DNA from: an uncultured Gemmatimonadales bacterium
GTDB taxonomy: Bacteria > Gemmatimonadota > Gemmatimonadetes > Longimicrobiales > Longimicrobiaceae
Length of the DNA stretch: 64,000 nucleotides
NCBI GenBank assembly: GCA_963716255.1
Contig: OY970303.1
Span: forward strand, 7,296,001 to 7,360,000
Direction: 5' to 3'
Under the pieces are notes generated by a model. It was given only the letters and a program-made list of their open reading frames with translations, did no database searches and was not told the origin of the DNA. A program made the translations under genes and the position numbers. How positions within the stretch are numbered: the first letter of the stretch is position 1; each line of letters opens with the position of its first letter. Shown here one piece after another: positions 36,077 to 46,239 of this stretch.

Positions 36077-36235
36077 TCCGGAGTCCGGGGTGATGCGTGG
36101 TCCACGGCGCAGCAGCCGCAAACGCGGGCAGGTCTCTTCACCGGTTGGAAGAGGCCCGGTCTTTCCGTTGCCGAGGCCGTGCCGGACGGGTCCGTGGGAG
36201 GCAGGGGAAGCCGCGCCCCGTGGTGAAACCTCCGC

Positions 36236-36251
36236 TGGTCACGTGTTTGCA
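36236..36251 (+). promoter_or_regulatory. Putative sigma-54 (-24/-12) promoter
   Basis: TGGTCACGTGTTTGCA has exact GG-N10-GC spacing, 70 bp upstream of the KaiC-like gene. Confidence 0.55.
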
Positions 36252-36320
36252 TAAGGGGCCCGCAGCCGGGCCGCGCGCCCGGCGCTCCCTGACCCTGGAC
36301 CCGACTTTCCGGAGGCGCGC

Positions 36321-37787
36321 TTGACCGGCACCGGCACCGCAAGGCACCCGACGGGGTTGCCCGGCCTGGACGAGGTACTGCACGGCGGTCTCATCCCGGA
36401 GCGCGCCTACCTCGTCCGGGGCGGCCCCGGCACGGGAAAGACCACGCTGGGCCTCCATTTCCTGGCCAGCGGCGCCACCCGGGGGGAGCAGGCCCTGCTC
36501 ATCACCCTGGAGTCCTCCGAGTCCCAGCTCCGGCGGGACGCCGCGTCGCAGGGGATCGACCTGGAGGGGATCCGCTTCCTGGACCTGAGCCCCACCCGCG
36601 AGTTCTTCGCGCAGAGCCAGAGCTACGACATCTTCTCCGCCGCGGACGTGGAGCGCGACCCCACCACGCAGCAGATCGTGCAGATCATCGGCGAGCTGCG
36701 GCCGCAGCGCGTGTTCGTGGACGCGGTGACCACGCTGCGCTACCTGGCGCCCGACGCCTTCCAGTTCCGCAAGCAGGCCCGCTCCTTCGTGCGCTACCTG
36801 GTGGAGAACGGCGCCACCGTGCTGATGAGCTCCGAGCCCACCGCGAGCCTCCCCGACGACGACCTGCGCTTCATGAGCGACGGGATCATCGACCTGGAGA
36901 TCTCGCCCGCCCACGGCGTGCTCCGCCGCACCCTGAGCGTCAGCAAGCTGCGCGGCTCCGACTTCCAGGGCGGGCCGCACTCCATGCGGCTCACCGGGCG
37001 CGGCATGGAAGTGTACCCGCGGCTGGTGCCGGGCGACCACAGGCACGAGTTCATCCCCGAGATGATCCCCTCCGGGATCCCCGAGTTCGACGAGATGCTG
37101 GGCGGGGGGATCGAGCGCGGGACCATCACCATCCTCAGCGGACCCAGCGGCGCCGGCAAGACCACGCTCGGCGTCCAGTTCATGAAGGAAGCCGCCGCGC
37201 GCGGGGAGCGCTCCGTGGTGTACGCCTTCGAGGAGCAGTTGGACACCCTCCTCCACCGCTGCGAGAACATCGGCGTTCCCCTCGGCGACATGGTGGAGGC
37301 CGGCTCGCTCTCGGTGGTGGAGGTGGAGGCGCTGCGCTTCTCCCCCGGCGAGTTCGCGCTCATGGTGCGGCGCGAGGTAGAGGAGCGCGGCGCGAAGATC
37401 GTGATGATCGACGGCATCGCCGGGTACCGGCTCACGCTCTCGGGGGACGACCTGGTGCAGCAGCTTCACGCCCTGGGCAGGTACCTCAAGAACATGGGCG
37501 TCACCGTGCTCCTGGTGAACGAGACCGAGGCCATCACCGGCGACTTCCGCGCCACCGAGGTGGGGCTCAGCTACCTGTGCGACAACCTGGTCTTCCTGCG
37601 CTACCTGGAGATGGACGGCGAGCTGCGCAAGGCGGTGGGCGTGCTCAAGAAGCGCATCGGCGACTTCGCGCGGACGCTGCGCGAGATCTCCATCACCTGC
37701 GACGGCGTCCGGGTGGGCGAGCCGCTCGCCGGACTGCGGGGGATCCTCACCGGCACCCCCGACTGGTCTCCCCCCCGCGGCGAATGA
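36321..37787 (+). CDS. KaiC-like double-domain ATPase
   Basis: Two RecA-like domains: GGPGTGKT and GPSGAGKT Walker A, FEE, KLRGS and KKRIG. SYLCD at the KaiC S/T phospho-site position. Confidence 0.92.
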   Translation: MTGTGTARHPTGLPGLDEVLHGGLIPERAYLVRGGPGTGKTTLGLHFLASGATRGEQALLITLESSESQLRRDAASQGIDLEGIRFLDLSPTREFFAQSQSYDIFSAADVERDPTTQQIVQIIGELRPQRVFVDAVTTLRYLAPDAFQFRKQARSFVRYLVENGATVLMSSEPTASLPDDDLRFMSDGIIDLEISPAHGVLRRTLSVSKLRGSDFQGGPHSMRLTGRGMEVYPRLVPGDHRHEFIPEMIPSGIPEFDEMLGGGIERGTITILSGPSGAGKTTLGVQFMKEAAARGERSVVYAFEEQLDTLLHRCENIGVPLGDMVEAGSLSVVEVEALRFSPGEFALMVRREVEERGAKIVMIDGIAGYRLTLSGDDLVQQLHALGRYLKNMGVTVLLVNETEAITGDFRATEVGLSYLCDNLVFLRYLEMDGELRKAVGVLKKRIGDFARTLREISITCDGVRVGEPLAGLRGILTGTPDWSPPRGE

Positions 37788-39016
37788 GCGGCGCACCCGG
37801 GGCGGCGGCGCCCGCGCGCGAGCCGGACGCCGCCGGCGCGGTCCGGAGGAGCCGCGTCCTCCTCCTCCTGGACCAGCGGGAGAACCGCTCGCTGCTGGAG
37901 GCCGAGCTCGGCGACCGGCACGAAGTCGTCCCCGCAGCCGGGGACGACGCGCTGGACGGCGAGTTCGACCTGTGCGTGCTGGACGGGCGCTCGCTGGACC
38001 GGCTCTGGGAGCGGGTGCAGCGGCGCAAGGCGAGGGAGCAGCCCGTCTTCCTCCCCGTCCTGCTGGTGACCTCGCGGCCGGGGGTCAAGATGATTACCCG
38101 GCACGTCTGGCGGAGCGTGGACGAGCTGGTCGTGGCGCCGGTGGAAAAGGCCGAGCTGCGCGCGCGGCTGGAAGTCCTGCTCCGCGCCCGCTCGCTTTCC
38201 GTGGACCTGCTCCGCCGGGCCGAGGAGGCGCACACGCTCGCCGGGCGCCTGCGGGAAAAGTCCGCCGAGCTGGAGGTGGCCGCCGCGCGGCTCGCCGAGC
38301 GCACCGCCGCCGCCGAGGAGGCGAACCGCGCCAAGAGCCAGTTCCTGGCCACCATGAGCCACGAGCTGCGGACCCCGCTCAACGCCATCGGCGGCTACGC
38401 CGAGCTGATCGAGCTGGGGATCCACGGCCCCGTCAGCGACCTCCAGCGCGAGGACCTGGCGCGCATCAAGGCGGGGCAGCGGCACCTGCTGGGGCTGATC
38501 AACGAGGTGCTGAACTACGCCAAGCTGGAGGCCGGCACCGTCCAGTACCAGCTGGTGGACGCCCCGGTGGGCGAGGCCCTCACCTCCGCCGCGCCGCTGG
38601 TGGAGCCGCAGGCGCACGCCAAGGGGCTGCAGCTGGAGGTGGCCTGCGCCGCGGACGGAATGCGGGTGCGCGCCGACGTGGAGAAGCTGCGGCAGATCCT
38701 GGCGAACCTGCTTTCCAACGCGGTCAAGTTCACGCCCCCGGGCGGGCGGGTGCGCCTGTGGTGCGAGCCGTGCGGCCGCCACGCCTGCTTCCGGGTGAGC
38801 GACACCGGCATCGGCGTGCCGCGGGACCGGCTGGAGGCGATCTTCGAGCCGTTCGTGCAGATCCGCTCCGACCTCACGCGCACCGAGGAGGGGACCGGGC
38901 TGGGGCTCGCCATCAGCCGCTCCATCGCGGAGGCGATGAACGGGTCGCTCACCGCCGAGAGCGGGCCCGACGGGGGGAGCACCTTCACGCTGCGGCTGCC
39001 GCTCGTATCGGGGTAG
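37784..39016 (+). CDS. Histidine kinase with degenerate N-terminal receiver-like domain
   Basis: VLLLLD...DLCVLDG...VLLVT...VAPV (conserved Lys absent), [24 protein letters not shown]-coupled to the KaiC-like gene. Confidence 0.9.
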   Translation: MSGAPGAAAPAREPDAAGAVRRSRVLLLLDQRENRSLLEAELGDRHEVVPAAGDDALDGEFDLCVLDGRSLDRLWERVQRRKAREQPVFLPVLLVTSRPGVKMITRHVWRSVDELVVAPVEKAELRARLEVLLRARSLSVDLLRRAEEAHTLAGRLREKSAELEVAAARLAERTAAAEEANRAKSQFLATMSHELRTPLNAIGGYAELIELGIHGPVSDLQREDLARIKAGQRHLLGLINEVLNYAKLEAGTVQYQLVDAPVGEALTSAAPLVEPQAHAKGLQLEVACAADGMRVRADVEKLRQILANLLSNAVKFTPPGGRVRLWCEPCGRHACFRVSDTGIGVPRDRLEAIFEPFVQIRSDLTRTEEGTGLGLAISRSIAEAMNGSLTAESGPDGGSTFTLRLPLVSG

Positions 39017-39029
39017 AAGGGCAGGGGGC

Positions 39030-39092
39030 GGGCGTGCCCCCGGCTGGCGCCGGGGTCGGGCTCCGCGCTGGCGTCCGCGAGGGTGGGCCCCC
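39030..39092 (+). repeat. Internally deleted copy of the structured repeat
   Basis: GGGCGTGCCCCCGGCTGGCGCCGGGGTCGGGCT is joined to CGCGCTGGCGTCCGCGAGGGTGG, the sequence that follows the unit in copy 2. Confidence 0.8.
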
Positions 39093-39093
39093 G

Positions 39094-39693
39094 TCAGGCG
39101 AGCTGCCGGACCATCCCGCGCACGGCGGCCAGGTACTCGTCCACGTCGAAGTGCTCCGGGTCCACCATGGCCTGCACCGCGCAGCCGTGGATCCAGCTCA
39201 CCGCCACGGCGGCCAGGCCGTCGGCCGTCACGCCGGCGAACGCCGCGGGCTCGGCGCGGAGAAGCTCCTCCATGATCGCCAGGAACGCCGCGCGGTAGCG
39301 CTCCAGCTCCGCGCCGATCCGGGCGCGGATCGTCTCGTGCCGCGCCCCGAGCGCCCAGAACTCGAAGAACAGCCGCACGTGCCGCGGCTGGTGCGACAGC
39401 CGGGCCATCTCCTGCTGGAGCAGCGCGTGCAGCCGGTCCAGCGCGCGCGGAAAGCGCGCGACGTCTTCCGACACGTGGAGCACCGAGGTGGTGGCGATCA
39501 GCCACTCGAGCAGCTCGTGCACCAGCAGCTCCTTGCGGCCGAAGTGGAACAGCACCAGGCCGTGGCTCAGCTCCGCCTCGGCGGCCACGGCCCGGATGGT
39601 CAGGCTGCCGATCCCCTCCCGCGACGCCACCTCGAACGCCGCCCGCAGGATCTGCTCGCGGCGCACCCCCTCCGAAGCCCGCTTCCCCGGCAT
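39094..39693 (-). CDS. TetR/BetI-type transcriptional regulator
   Basis: RREQILRAAF...TIRAVAAEAELSHGLVLFHFGRKELL helix-turn-helix. Confidence 0.92.
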   Translation of the reverse strand: MPGKRASEGVRREQILRAAFEVASREGIGSLTIRAVAAEAELSHGLVLFHFGRKELLVHELLEWLIATTSVLHVSEDVARFPRALDRLHALLQQEMARLSHQPRHVRLFFEFWALGARHETIRARIGAELERYRAAFLAIMEELLRAEPAAFAGVTADGLAAVAVSWIHGCAVQAMVDPEHFDVDEYLAAVRGMVRQLA

Positions 39694-39790
39694 GCCGTCT
39701 CCTCCTGATCCCTGGCTCAAGCCCGCTCGCCACACGGCGCAACCACGTATTGGTCAAGTGGATAATATAGCTTAACTTTTGTTTCCCATC

Positions 39791-39806
39791 TGGTCAACAT
39801 CTTGCA
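39791..39806 (+). promoter_or_regulatory. Putative sigma-54 (-24/-12) promoter
   Basis: TGGTCAACATCTTGCA has exact GG-N10-GC spacing, upstream of the CheB/CheR operon. Confidence 0.55.
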
Positions 39807-39891
39807 ATCTCCTGTTTGGACCGCGCGGTGCCGGCAGGGCGGCGCGGGCTCCACTCTCCCTGACAGGAGGCCCCTTCATGGCCGGGCAGCG

Positions 39892-42800
39892 ATGATACAC
39901 GCAGCCGTCAGTGCTGCCGCTTCTGCCGCGGACCGGCGTGGGGCCGCCCCCGTAACGGTGGTGGGGATCGGCGCTTCGGCCGGCGGGCTGAAGGCGCTGC
40001 GGCTCTTCTTCGAGAGCGTCCCGGCGGACAGCGGCATGGCGTACGTGGTGATCATGCACCTGGACCGGGAGCGGGAGAGCCGGATCGCCGAGATCCTGCA
40101 GGACCGTGCCTCGGTTCCGGTGACGCAGGTCACCCGGGCCACTGCGGTGGAGGCCAACCGGGTGTACGTCATTCCGCCGGGCTACGACCTGGCCATGCAG
40201 GGAGCCACCATCCGCGTCCTCGAGCGCGGGGACGGGCCGCGGCACGAGCCGGTGGACCTCCTGTTCCGCACGCTCGCCGACGCGTACGGGGCGAACGCGG
40301 TCGGCGTGGTGCTCTCCGGCACCGGCACGGACGGCACGCCCGGGATCCGGTTCATCAAGGAGGCCGGCGGCATCACGGTGGCGCAGCTGCCCGAGGAGGC
40401 CGAGTACGACGGGATGCCCGCGAGCGCGATCGCCACGGGGCAGGTGGACCTGGTGCTGCCGTCCTCCAGGATCCCGGCCGAGCTGATCCGCCTGCGCCGG
40501 ATGCCCTCGCCGCTCCCCGAGGGCGCGCCCCCGGCGGACATCGAGGCCCGGCTGGCGCAGGTCTTCACGGTGCTGCGGGGAAGGACGCGCCACGACTTCA
40601 GCCTGTACAAGCGGTCCACGGTGCTGCGCCGCCTGGAGCGGCGGCTCAAGTTCAACGGGGTCGACGCCCTGGAGGACTATCTCCCGTTGCTGCGGGAGAG
40701 CGAGACGGAGGCCGGCGCGCTCGTGCGCGACCTGCTGATCTCGGTGAGCGCCTTCTTCCGGGATCCGGAAGCGTTCGCGGCGCTGGCCGGGGTCGTCCCG
40801 GCGCTCTTCGACGGCAAGGGCCCGGAGGACGCCGTGCGCGTGTGGGTGCCGGGGTGCGCCACGGGCGAGGAGCCCTACTCCCTCGCCATCCTGCTGGACG
40901 AGCACGCGGCCACCCTGGAGCATCCGCCGCAGGTCCAGATCTTCGCCACCGACATCGACGAGAAGGGCTACGCCTGGGGGCGCGAGGCCCTCTACCCCGC
41001 CTCGGCGGTCGCGGAGATCCCGCCCGAGCGGCTCCAGCGCTACTTCACCCAGGAAGCGGGGGGGTACCGCGTCCGGAAGCAGCTGCGGGAAAGGGTGCTC
41101 TTCGCCGTCCACAACGTGCTCCGGGACCCGCCCTTCTCGCGGCTCGACCTGGTCAGCTGCCGCAACCTCCTCATCTACCTGCAGGCGGAGGCCCAGGAAC
41201 GCGTGATGGAGACCTTCCATTACGCGCTGCGGCCGGGCGGGCTGCTCTTTTTGGGCGCCTCCGAGTCGGCTGGCGGGGAAGGGCTGTTCGCGCCCGTCGC
41301 AGGGCCGCAGCGGATCTTCCGGCGCGACGCCGCCCGGCACCGGACACTGCCGAGGCATTCGGCCGCGGACCCACTGCCCACGGCCGCCGGACTGGCGTCC
41401 CGCGTGGAGGGAGACCGCTCCCGGCAGGGCTTCTCCTTCGGGGCGCTCCACCTGCGCATGCTGGAAGCCTACGCTCCGCCCAGCCTGGTCGTGAACGAGC
41501 GGCTGGAGGTGGTCCACCTCTCGGGCCGGGCCGGCCGATACCTGAACCTGGCCGAGGGGGAGCCGAGCCACAACCTCGTCGACCTGACGCGGGGCGACCT
41601 GCGGATGGAGCTGCGCGCGGCGCTCCACCGGGCCTTCCAGCTGGGGATCCCGACGGTCCGCGACGTCCGCTTCGACGGCGACGGCGGCCGCGTGGTGAGC
41701 CTGCAGGTGCACCCGTCCGCGGTCGGCGAGGGAGCGGAAAGGTTCGCCCTGGTGGTGTTCGAGGAGCAGGCGAGGATCGAAGCGGAGGTGGAGGAGGTGG
41801 AAGAGCCGGACGGCGCAGTCCCGGGGCGCGGCGTCGCCCGCCTGGAGGAGGAGCTGCGCCGGGCCAAGGACCGGCTCGAGTCGGTCAGCGCGGCCGGCGA
41901 CCGGACCGTGGAGGAGCTGCAGTCGGCCAACGAGGAGCTGCGGTCCATCAACGAGGAGCAGAAGGCCGCCTCGGAAGAGCTGGAGACCAGCCGCGAGGAG
42001 ATCCAGTCCATCAACGAAGAGCTCATCACCGTCAACCAGGAGCACCAGGCGACGATCGAGGAGCTGAAGCGGACCAACGCCGATCTCCAGAACCTGATCG
42101 AGTCCACGGAGATCGGCACCATCTTCGTCGACCGCGCGATGCGCATCCGGCGCTACACCCCCGCTGCGGGCGCGCTCTTCAACTTCGTCGCCACGGACCG
42201 GGGCCGCCCCCTCGCCCACATCACCCACCGGCTGGACTACGCCGGGCTGGTGGGGGACGTGGAGAGCGTGCTCGCCTCGCTGGAGCGGGTCGAGCGCGAG
42301 GTGTCCAGCGCGGCCGGCGGGTGGTACGCCGTCCGCATCAGCCCGTACCGCTCCCCCGAAGGAGGCATCGACGGCGCCGTCCTGACCTTCTTCGACGTCA
42401 CCGCGCGGAAGCGCATGGAAGAGGAGCTGCGCGAGGCGAAGGCCGCGGCCGAATCGGCCAACCTGGCGAAGGGAACGTTCCTGGCCACACTCTCGCACGA
42501 GTTCCGCACCCCGCTCACCGGGATGCTGATCTACGCCGACCTCCTTTCCCGGCACGGGCCGCTCACCCCCGTGCAGCAGCGGCACATCGAGCTGATCCGG
42601 AGCGGGGGGTGGCACCTCGCGTCCATGATCGAGGAGATCGTCGCCTTCGCCAAGCTGGACGAGGGGCGCGAGTCCGTCCGCTGGGAGCGGACCGACGCCC
42701 GGGAGACCGCGCGGCAGGCGCATGCGCTGGTGCATCCGCTGGCGGAGGCGAAGGGCCTCGCGTTCGCGCTGGACCTCCCCGACCGGGCCGTGGAGCTGGC

Positions 42801-43155
42801 GACGGACGGCGCCAAGCTCCGCCAGGTCCTGGTCAACCTGTGCGGCAACGCGGTGAAGTACACCGGGCGCGGGGAGATCCGGCTCGGCCTGCGGGAGGAC
42901 GGCGAGTGCGTGGTCTTCGAGGTCGGCGACACCGGCATCGGCATCGCTCCCGAGCACCAGGCGCGGATCTTCGACCGGTTCTGGCGGGTGGACGGCGCCG
43001 CGGCCGACGGCGCCGGGGGGATGGGGATCGGGCTGGCGGCGGCGCGGGAGTTCAGCCGCCTGCTGGGCGGGGAGGTGGAGGTGGAGAGCGAGCCGGGGCG
43101 CGGGAGCACCTTCCGCGTCCGGCTGCCCCGTACCGGAGGCGACGACCCATGCTGA
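39892..43155 (+). CDS. CheB-CheR-PAS-histidine kinase fusion
   Basis: CheB GASAGG/MHL/GTDG, Che[24 protein letters not shown], coiled coil [21 protein letters not shown], HATPase boxes. Confidence 0.95.
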   Translation: MIHAAVSAAASAADRRGAAPVTVVGIGASAGGLKALRLFFESVPADSGMAYVVIMHLDRERESRIAEILQDRASVPVTQVTRATAVEANRVYVIPPGYDLAMQGATIRVLERGDGPRHEPVDLLFRTLADAYGANAVGVVLSGTGTDGTPGIRFIKEAGGITVAQLPEEAEYDGMPASAIATGQVDLVLPSSRIPAELIRLRRMPSPLPEGAPPADIEARLAQVFTVLRGRTRHDFSLYKRSTVLRRLERRLKFNGVDALEDYLPLLRESETEAGALVRDLLISVSAFFRDPEAFAALAGVVPALFDGKGPEDAVRVWVPGCATGEEPYSLAILLDEHAATLEHPPQVQIFATDIDEKGYAWGREALYPASAVAEIPPERLQRYFTQEAGGYRVRKQLRERVLFAVHNVLRDPPFSRLDLVSCRNLLIYLQAEAQERVMETFHYALRPGGLLFLGASESAGGEGLFAPVAGPQRIFRRDAARHRTLPRHSAADPLPTAAGLASRVEGDRSRQGFSFGALHLRMLEAYAPPSLVVNERLEVVHLSGRAGRYLNLAEGEPSHNLVDLTRGDLRMELRAALHRAFQLGIPTVRDVRFDGDGGRVVSLQVHPSAVGEGAERFALVVFEEQARIEAEVEEVEEPDGAVPGRGVARLEEELRRAKDRLESVSAAGDRTVEELQSANEELRSINEEQKAASEELETSREEIQSINEELITVNQEHQATIEELKRTNADLQNLIESTEIGTIFVDRAMRIRRYTPAAGALFNFVATDRGRPLAHITHRLDYAGLVGDVESVLASLERVEREVSSAAGGWYAVRISPYRSPEGGIDGAVLTFFDVTARKRMEEELREAKAAAESANLAKGTFLATLSHEFRTPLTGMLIYADLLSRHGPLTPVQQRHIELIRSGGWHLASMIEEIVAFAKLDEGRESVRWERTDARETARQAHALVHPLAEAKGLAFALDLPDRAVELATDGAKLRQVLVNLCGNAVKYTGRGEIRLGLREDGECVVFEVGDTGIGIAPEHQARIFDRFWRVDGAAADGAGGMGIGLAAAREFSRLLGGEVEVESEPGRGSTFRVRLPRTGGDDPC

Positions 43156-45545
43156 AGCGGAACCCGCGGGCCGAGGAGATCGAGACGTACGCCCGCGACA
43201 TCGTGGAGACGGTGCGCGAGCCGCTCCTGATGCTCGACACGTCGCTGCGGGTGCGGAGCGCCAACCGCGCCTTCTACCACACGTTCCGGGTCTCGTCCGG
43301 GGAGACCGAGAACCGCCTGATCTACGAGCTGGGCAACGGCCAGTGGGACATCCCCGCCCTGCGCACGCTCCTGGAGGACGTGATCCGCACCAGCTCCGTG
43401 TTCAACGACTTCGAGCTGGAGCACGACTTTCCCACCATCGGCCGGCGGGTGATGCTGCTCAACGCGCGCAGGCTGCGTCCGGGGCGCCACGCCGAGCTGC
43501 TGGTGCTGGCCATGGAGGACGTGACGGAGCGGCGGCGCGCCGAGGCGGACCTCAAGGCCATCGAGACGTACGCGCAGGACATCGTGGACACGGTGCGCAA
43601 GCCGCTCCTGATCCTGGACCCGGCGCTGCGCGTGCGGAGCGCCAACCGCGCCTTCTACCAGACCTTCCAGGTGTCGGCCGCCGAAACCGAGGACCGCCTG
43701 ATCTACGAGCTGGGCAACGGCCAGTGGGACATCCCGGCGCTGCGCACCCTCCTGGAGGACATCATCCCCGCGAGCTCGGTGTTCAACGACTTCGAGCTGG
43801 AGCACGACTTCCCGGCCATCGGGCGGCGCGTGATGCTGCTCAACGCCCGCCGGCTGCAGGCGGGGCACCACGGGGAGCTGCTGGTGCTTGCGCTGGAGGA
43901 CGTGACGGAGCGGCGGCGCGCCGAGGAGGAGGTGGCCAAGGCCCGCGAGGCGGCCGAAACCGCCAACCGCACCAAGAGCCTGTTCCTGGCCAACATGAGC
44001 CACGAGCTGCGCACCCCGCTCAACGCCATCCTGGGCTATTCCGAGATGCTGCGCGAGGAGGCCGAGGAGCGGGGACTCGACGACTTCGTGCCCGACCTCG
44101 ACAAGATCGGCGCCGCCGGCAAGCACCTGCTGGCGCTCATCAACGACATCCTGGACCTGTCCAAGATCGAGGCCGGCAAGATGGAGATGTACCTGGAGAG
44201 CTTCGACGTGGCGGGGATGATCGACGAGGTCGCGGCCACCATCCGCCCGATGGTGGAGGCGAACGCCAACGCGCTGCACATCGTGCTCGCGCCGGACCTG
44301 GGCGCCATGCACGCCGACCAGATGAAGGTGCGCCAGGCCCTGTTCAACCTGCTGTCCAACGCCGGCAAGTTCACCCGGGACGGCCGCATCACCGTGGACG
44401 CGGGCCGCGAGCGCATGGACGGGACCGAGTGGATCGTGTTCCGGGTGGCCGACACCGGCATCGGCATGAGCCCCGGGCAGCTCGTCAAGCTGTTCCAGGA
44501 CTTCACCCAGGCCGACGCGTCCACCACGCGCAGGTTCGGCGGCACCGGCCTGGGGCTGGCCCTCACGCGGCGCTTCTGCCAGATGATGGGGGGCAACGTG
44601 ACCGTGCACAGCATGCCGGACGAGGGGAGCGTCTTCACCGTCAAGCTCCCCGCCAGGGTCCGCGAGGCGAGCCCCGGATTTGCCTCCCCGGGCGACGGTG
44701 CCGACCCTGCTTCCCCGGACGGCAACGCCGCGGACGGGAGCGAGCCGCTGCCGTCCGCGGGGAGCTGCGTGCTGGTGATCGACGACGACCCGGTGCAGCG
44801 CGACCTGATGCAGCGCTTCCTGGGCAGGGAGGGCTTCCAGGTGCTCGCCGCGGCCGGGGGGGAGGACGGGCTCCGCCTCGCGCGGCAGGTGCAGCCCGCC
44901 GCCATCACCCTGGACGTGATGATGCCGGGCATGAACGGCTGGAGCGTGCTCGCCGCGCTCAAGGCGGACGCGGCTCTGCGCCACATCCCCGTGGTCATGC
45001 TCACCATGGTGGACGACCCGGAGCGGGGCCTCGCGCTGGGCGCCGCCGAGTACACCACCAAGCCGGTGGACCGCGGGCGCCTGTCGCGCCTGCTCAGGAA
45101 GTACACCTGCCTGAACCCGCCCTGCCCGGTCCTGGTGGTGGACGGCGACGACGCGGCGCGCGCCATGACGCGCGCCATCCTGGAAAGGCGAGGGTGGAAG
45201 GTCAGCGAGGCCCCGAACGGGCGCGTGGCCCTGGAGTGCATGGAGCGGGAGCGCCCCCGGCTGATCCTGCTGGACCTGGTGATGCCGGAGATGGACGGCT
45301 TCGAGTTCGCGGACCGGGTGCGCCGCCACCCCGAGTGGCGCTCGATCCCCATCGTGGTGGTGACCTCCCGCGACGTGACCGGTGAGGAAAGGCTGCGGCT
45401 GAACGGCTACGTGGAGACGGTTCTCAAAAAGGCCGGCGACTCGCCCGAGGCGCTGCTCCACCAGGTGAGCGGCCTGCTGGGGGACTACGGCGCCCCGCGC
45501 GCCCTGACCACGAGAAAGGGAGACAGGCGCGCGGTCCCCGCGTGA
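43149..45545 (+). CDS. Hybrid histidine kinase PAS-PAS-HisKA-HATPase-REC-REC
   Basis: Two near-identical PAS domains (381-bp period), [16 protein letters not shown], two receivers (LDVMMP, LDLVMP). Confidence 0.95.
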   Translation: MLKRNPRAEEIETYARDIVETVREPLLMLDTSLRVRSANRAFYHTFRVSSGETENRLIYELGNGQWDIPALRTLLEDVIRTSSVFNDFELEHDFPTIGRRVMLLNARRLRPGRHAELLVLAMEDVTERRRAEADLKAIETYAQDIVDTVRKPLLILDPALRVRSANRAFYQTFQVSAAETEDRLIYELGNGQWDIPALRTLLEDIIPASSVFNDFELEHDFPAIGRRVMLLNARRLQAGHHGELLVLALEDVTERRRAEEEVAKAREAAETANRTKSLFLANMSHELRTPLNAILGYSEMLREEAEERGLDDFVPDLDKIGAAGKHLLALINDILDLSKIEAGKMEMYLESFDVAGMIDEVAATIRPMVEANANALHIVLAPDLGAMHADQMKVRQALFNLLSNAGKFTRDGRITVDAGRERMDGTEWIVFRVADTGIGMSPGQLVKLFQDFTQADASTTRRFGGTGLGLALTRRFCQMMGGNVTVHSMPDEGSVFTVKLPARVREASPGFASPGDGADPASPDGNAADGSEPLPSAGSCVLVIDDDPVQRDLMQRFLGREGFQVLAAAGGEDGLRLARQVQPAAITLDVMMPGMNGWSVLAALKADAALRHIPVVMLTMVDDPERGLALGAAEYTTKPVDRGRLSRLLRKYTCLNPPCPVLVVDGDDAARAMTRAILERRGWKVSEAPNGRVALECMERERPRLILLDLVMPEMDGFEFADRVRRHPEWRSIPIVVVTSRDVTGEERLRLNGYVETVLKKAGDSPEALLHQVSGLLGDYGAPRALTTRKGDRRAVPA

Positions 45546-45562
45546 GCGCCCGTCGAGACACC

Positions 45563-45967
45563 ATGCCCAAGATCCTGCTGGTGGAGGACAACGAGATGAA
45601 CCGCGACATGCTCTCGCGGCGGCTGGAGCGCAAGGGCTACCAGGTCGTGCTGGCCGTGGACGGCCAGGGCGGGGTGGAAGCGGCCCTCGCCCAGGCGCCC
45701 GACCTGGTGCTGATGGACATGAGCCTGCCCGTGCTCGACGGCTGGGAGGCTACCCGCCGCCTCAAGGCGGCGCCCGCCACCCGGCACATCCCCGTCATCG
45801 CGCTGACGGCGCACGCCATGTCCAGCGACCGCGGCAAGGCCCTGGAAGCCGGCTGCGACGACTACGACACCAAGCCCGTGGAGCTGCCGCGTCTGCTGGG
45901 AAAGATCGAGGCGCTGCTGGGCGGAGCCGCCGGCGGAGCGGGCTCCGCCAGGGAGCCGGCACCGTGA
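45563..45967 (+). CDS. Single-domain response regulator (DivK/CheY-like)
   Basis: ILLVEDN, DLVLMDMSLP, ALTAHA, TKP. Confidence 0.95.
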   Translation: MPKILLVEDNEMNRDMLSRRLERKGYQVVLAVDGQGGVEAALAQAPDLVLMDMSLPVLDGWEATRRLKAAPATRHIPVIALTAHAMSSDRGKALEAGCDDYDTKPVELPRLLGKIEALLGGAAGGAGSAREPAP

Positions 45968-46239
45968 CCGGCCCGCCCGCCGGCGATGCCGGGGAGCGGC
46001 ACGAGCTCCCCGCGGAGCTGATCCACGACCTGCGCACGCCCCTGGGCCAGATCATCGGCTACGCCGAGCTGCTGGTGGAGCGGGCCCAGGAAGCGGGCGA
46101 CGAGGGCATCGTCCCCGACCTGCAGAAGATCAGCGCGGCGGGCTACCGGATCCTGGGGCTCATCGAGAGCCGCTTCGCCGCGGTCCGCGACCCGGGCGCG
46201 GGCGGACCCGCCGCGCCAGCCGAGCGAAAGGGGCACTGA
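45964..46239 (+). CDS. Stand-alone HisKA (DHp) domain protein
   Basis: HDLRTPLGQIIGYAELL...DLQKI..A...LGLI, with no ATPase domain. Overlaps both neighbours. Confidence 0.75.
   Translation: MTGPPAGDAGERHELPAELIHDLRTPLGQIIGYAELLVERAQEAGDEGIVPDLQKISAAGYRILGLIESRFAAVRDPGAGGPAAPAERKGH

Noticed and set aside
36321..37787. Circadian clock kaiC
   Set aside because: No kaiA/kaiB in the window and altered motifs. Called KaiC-like only.
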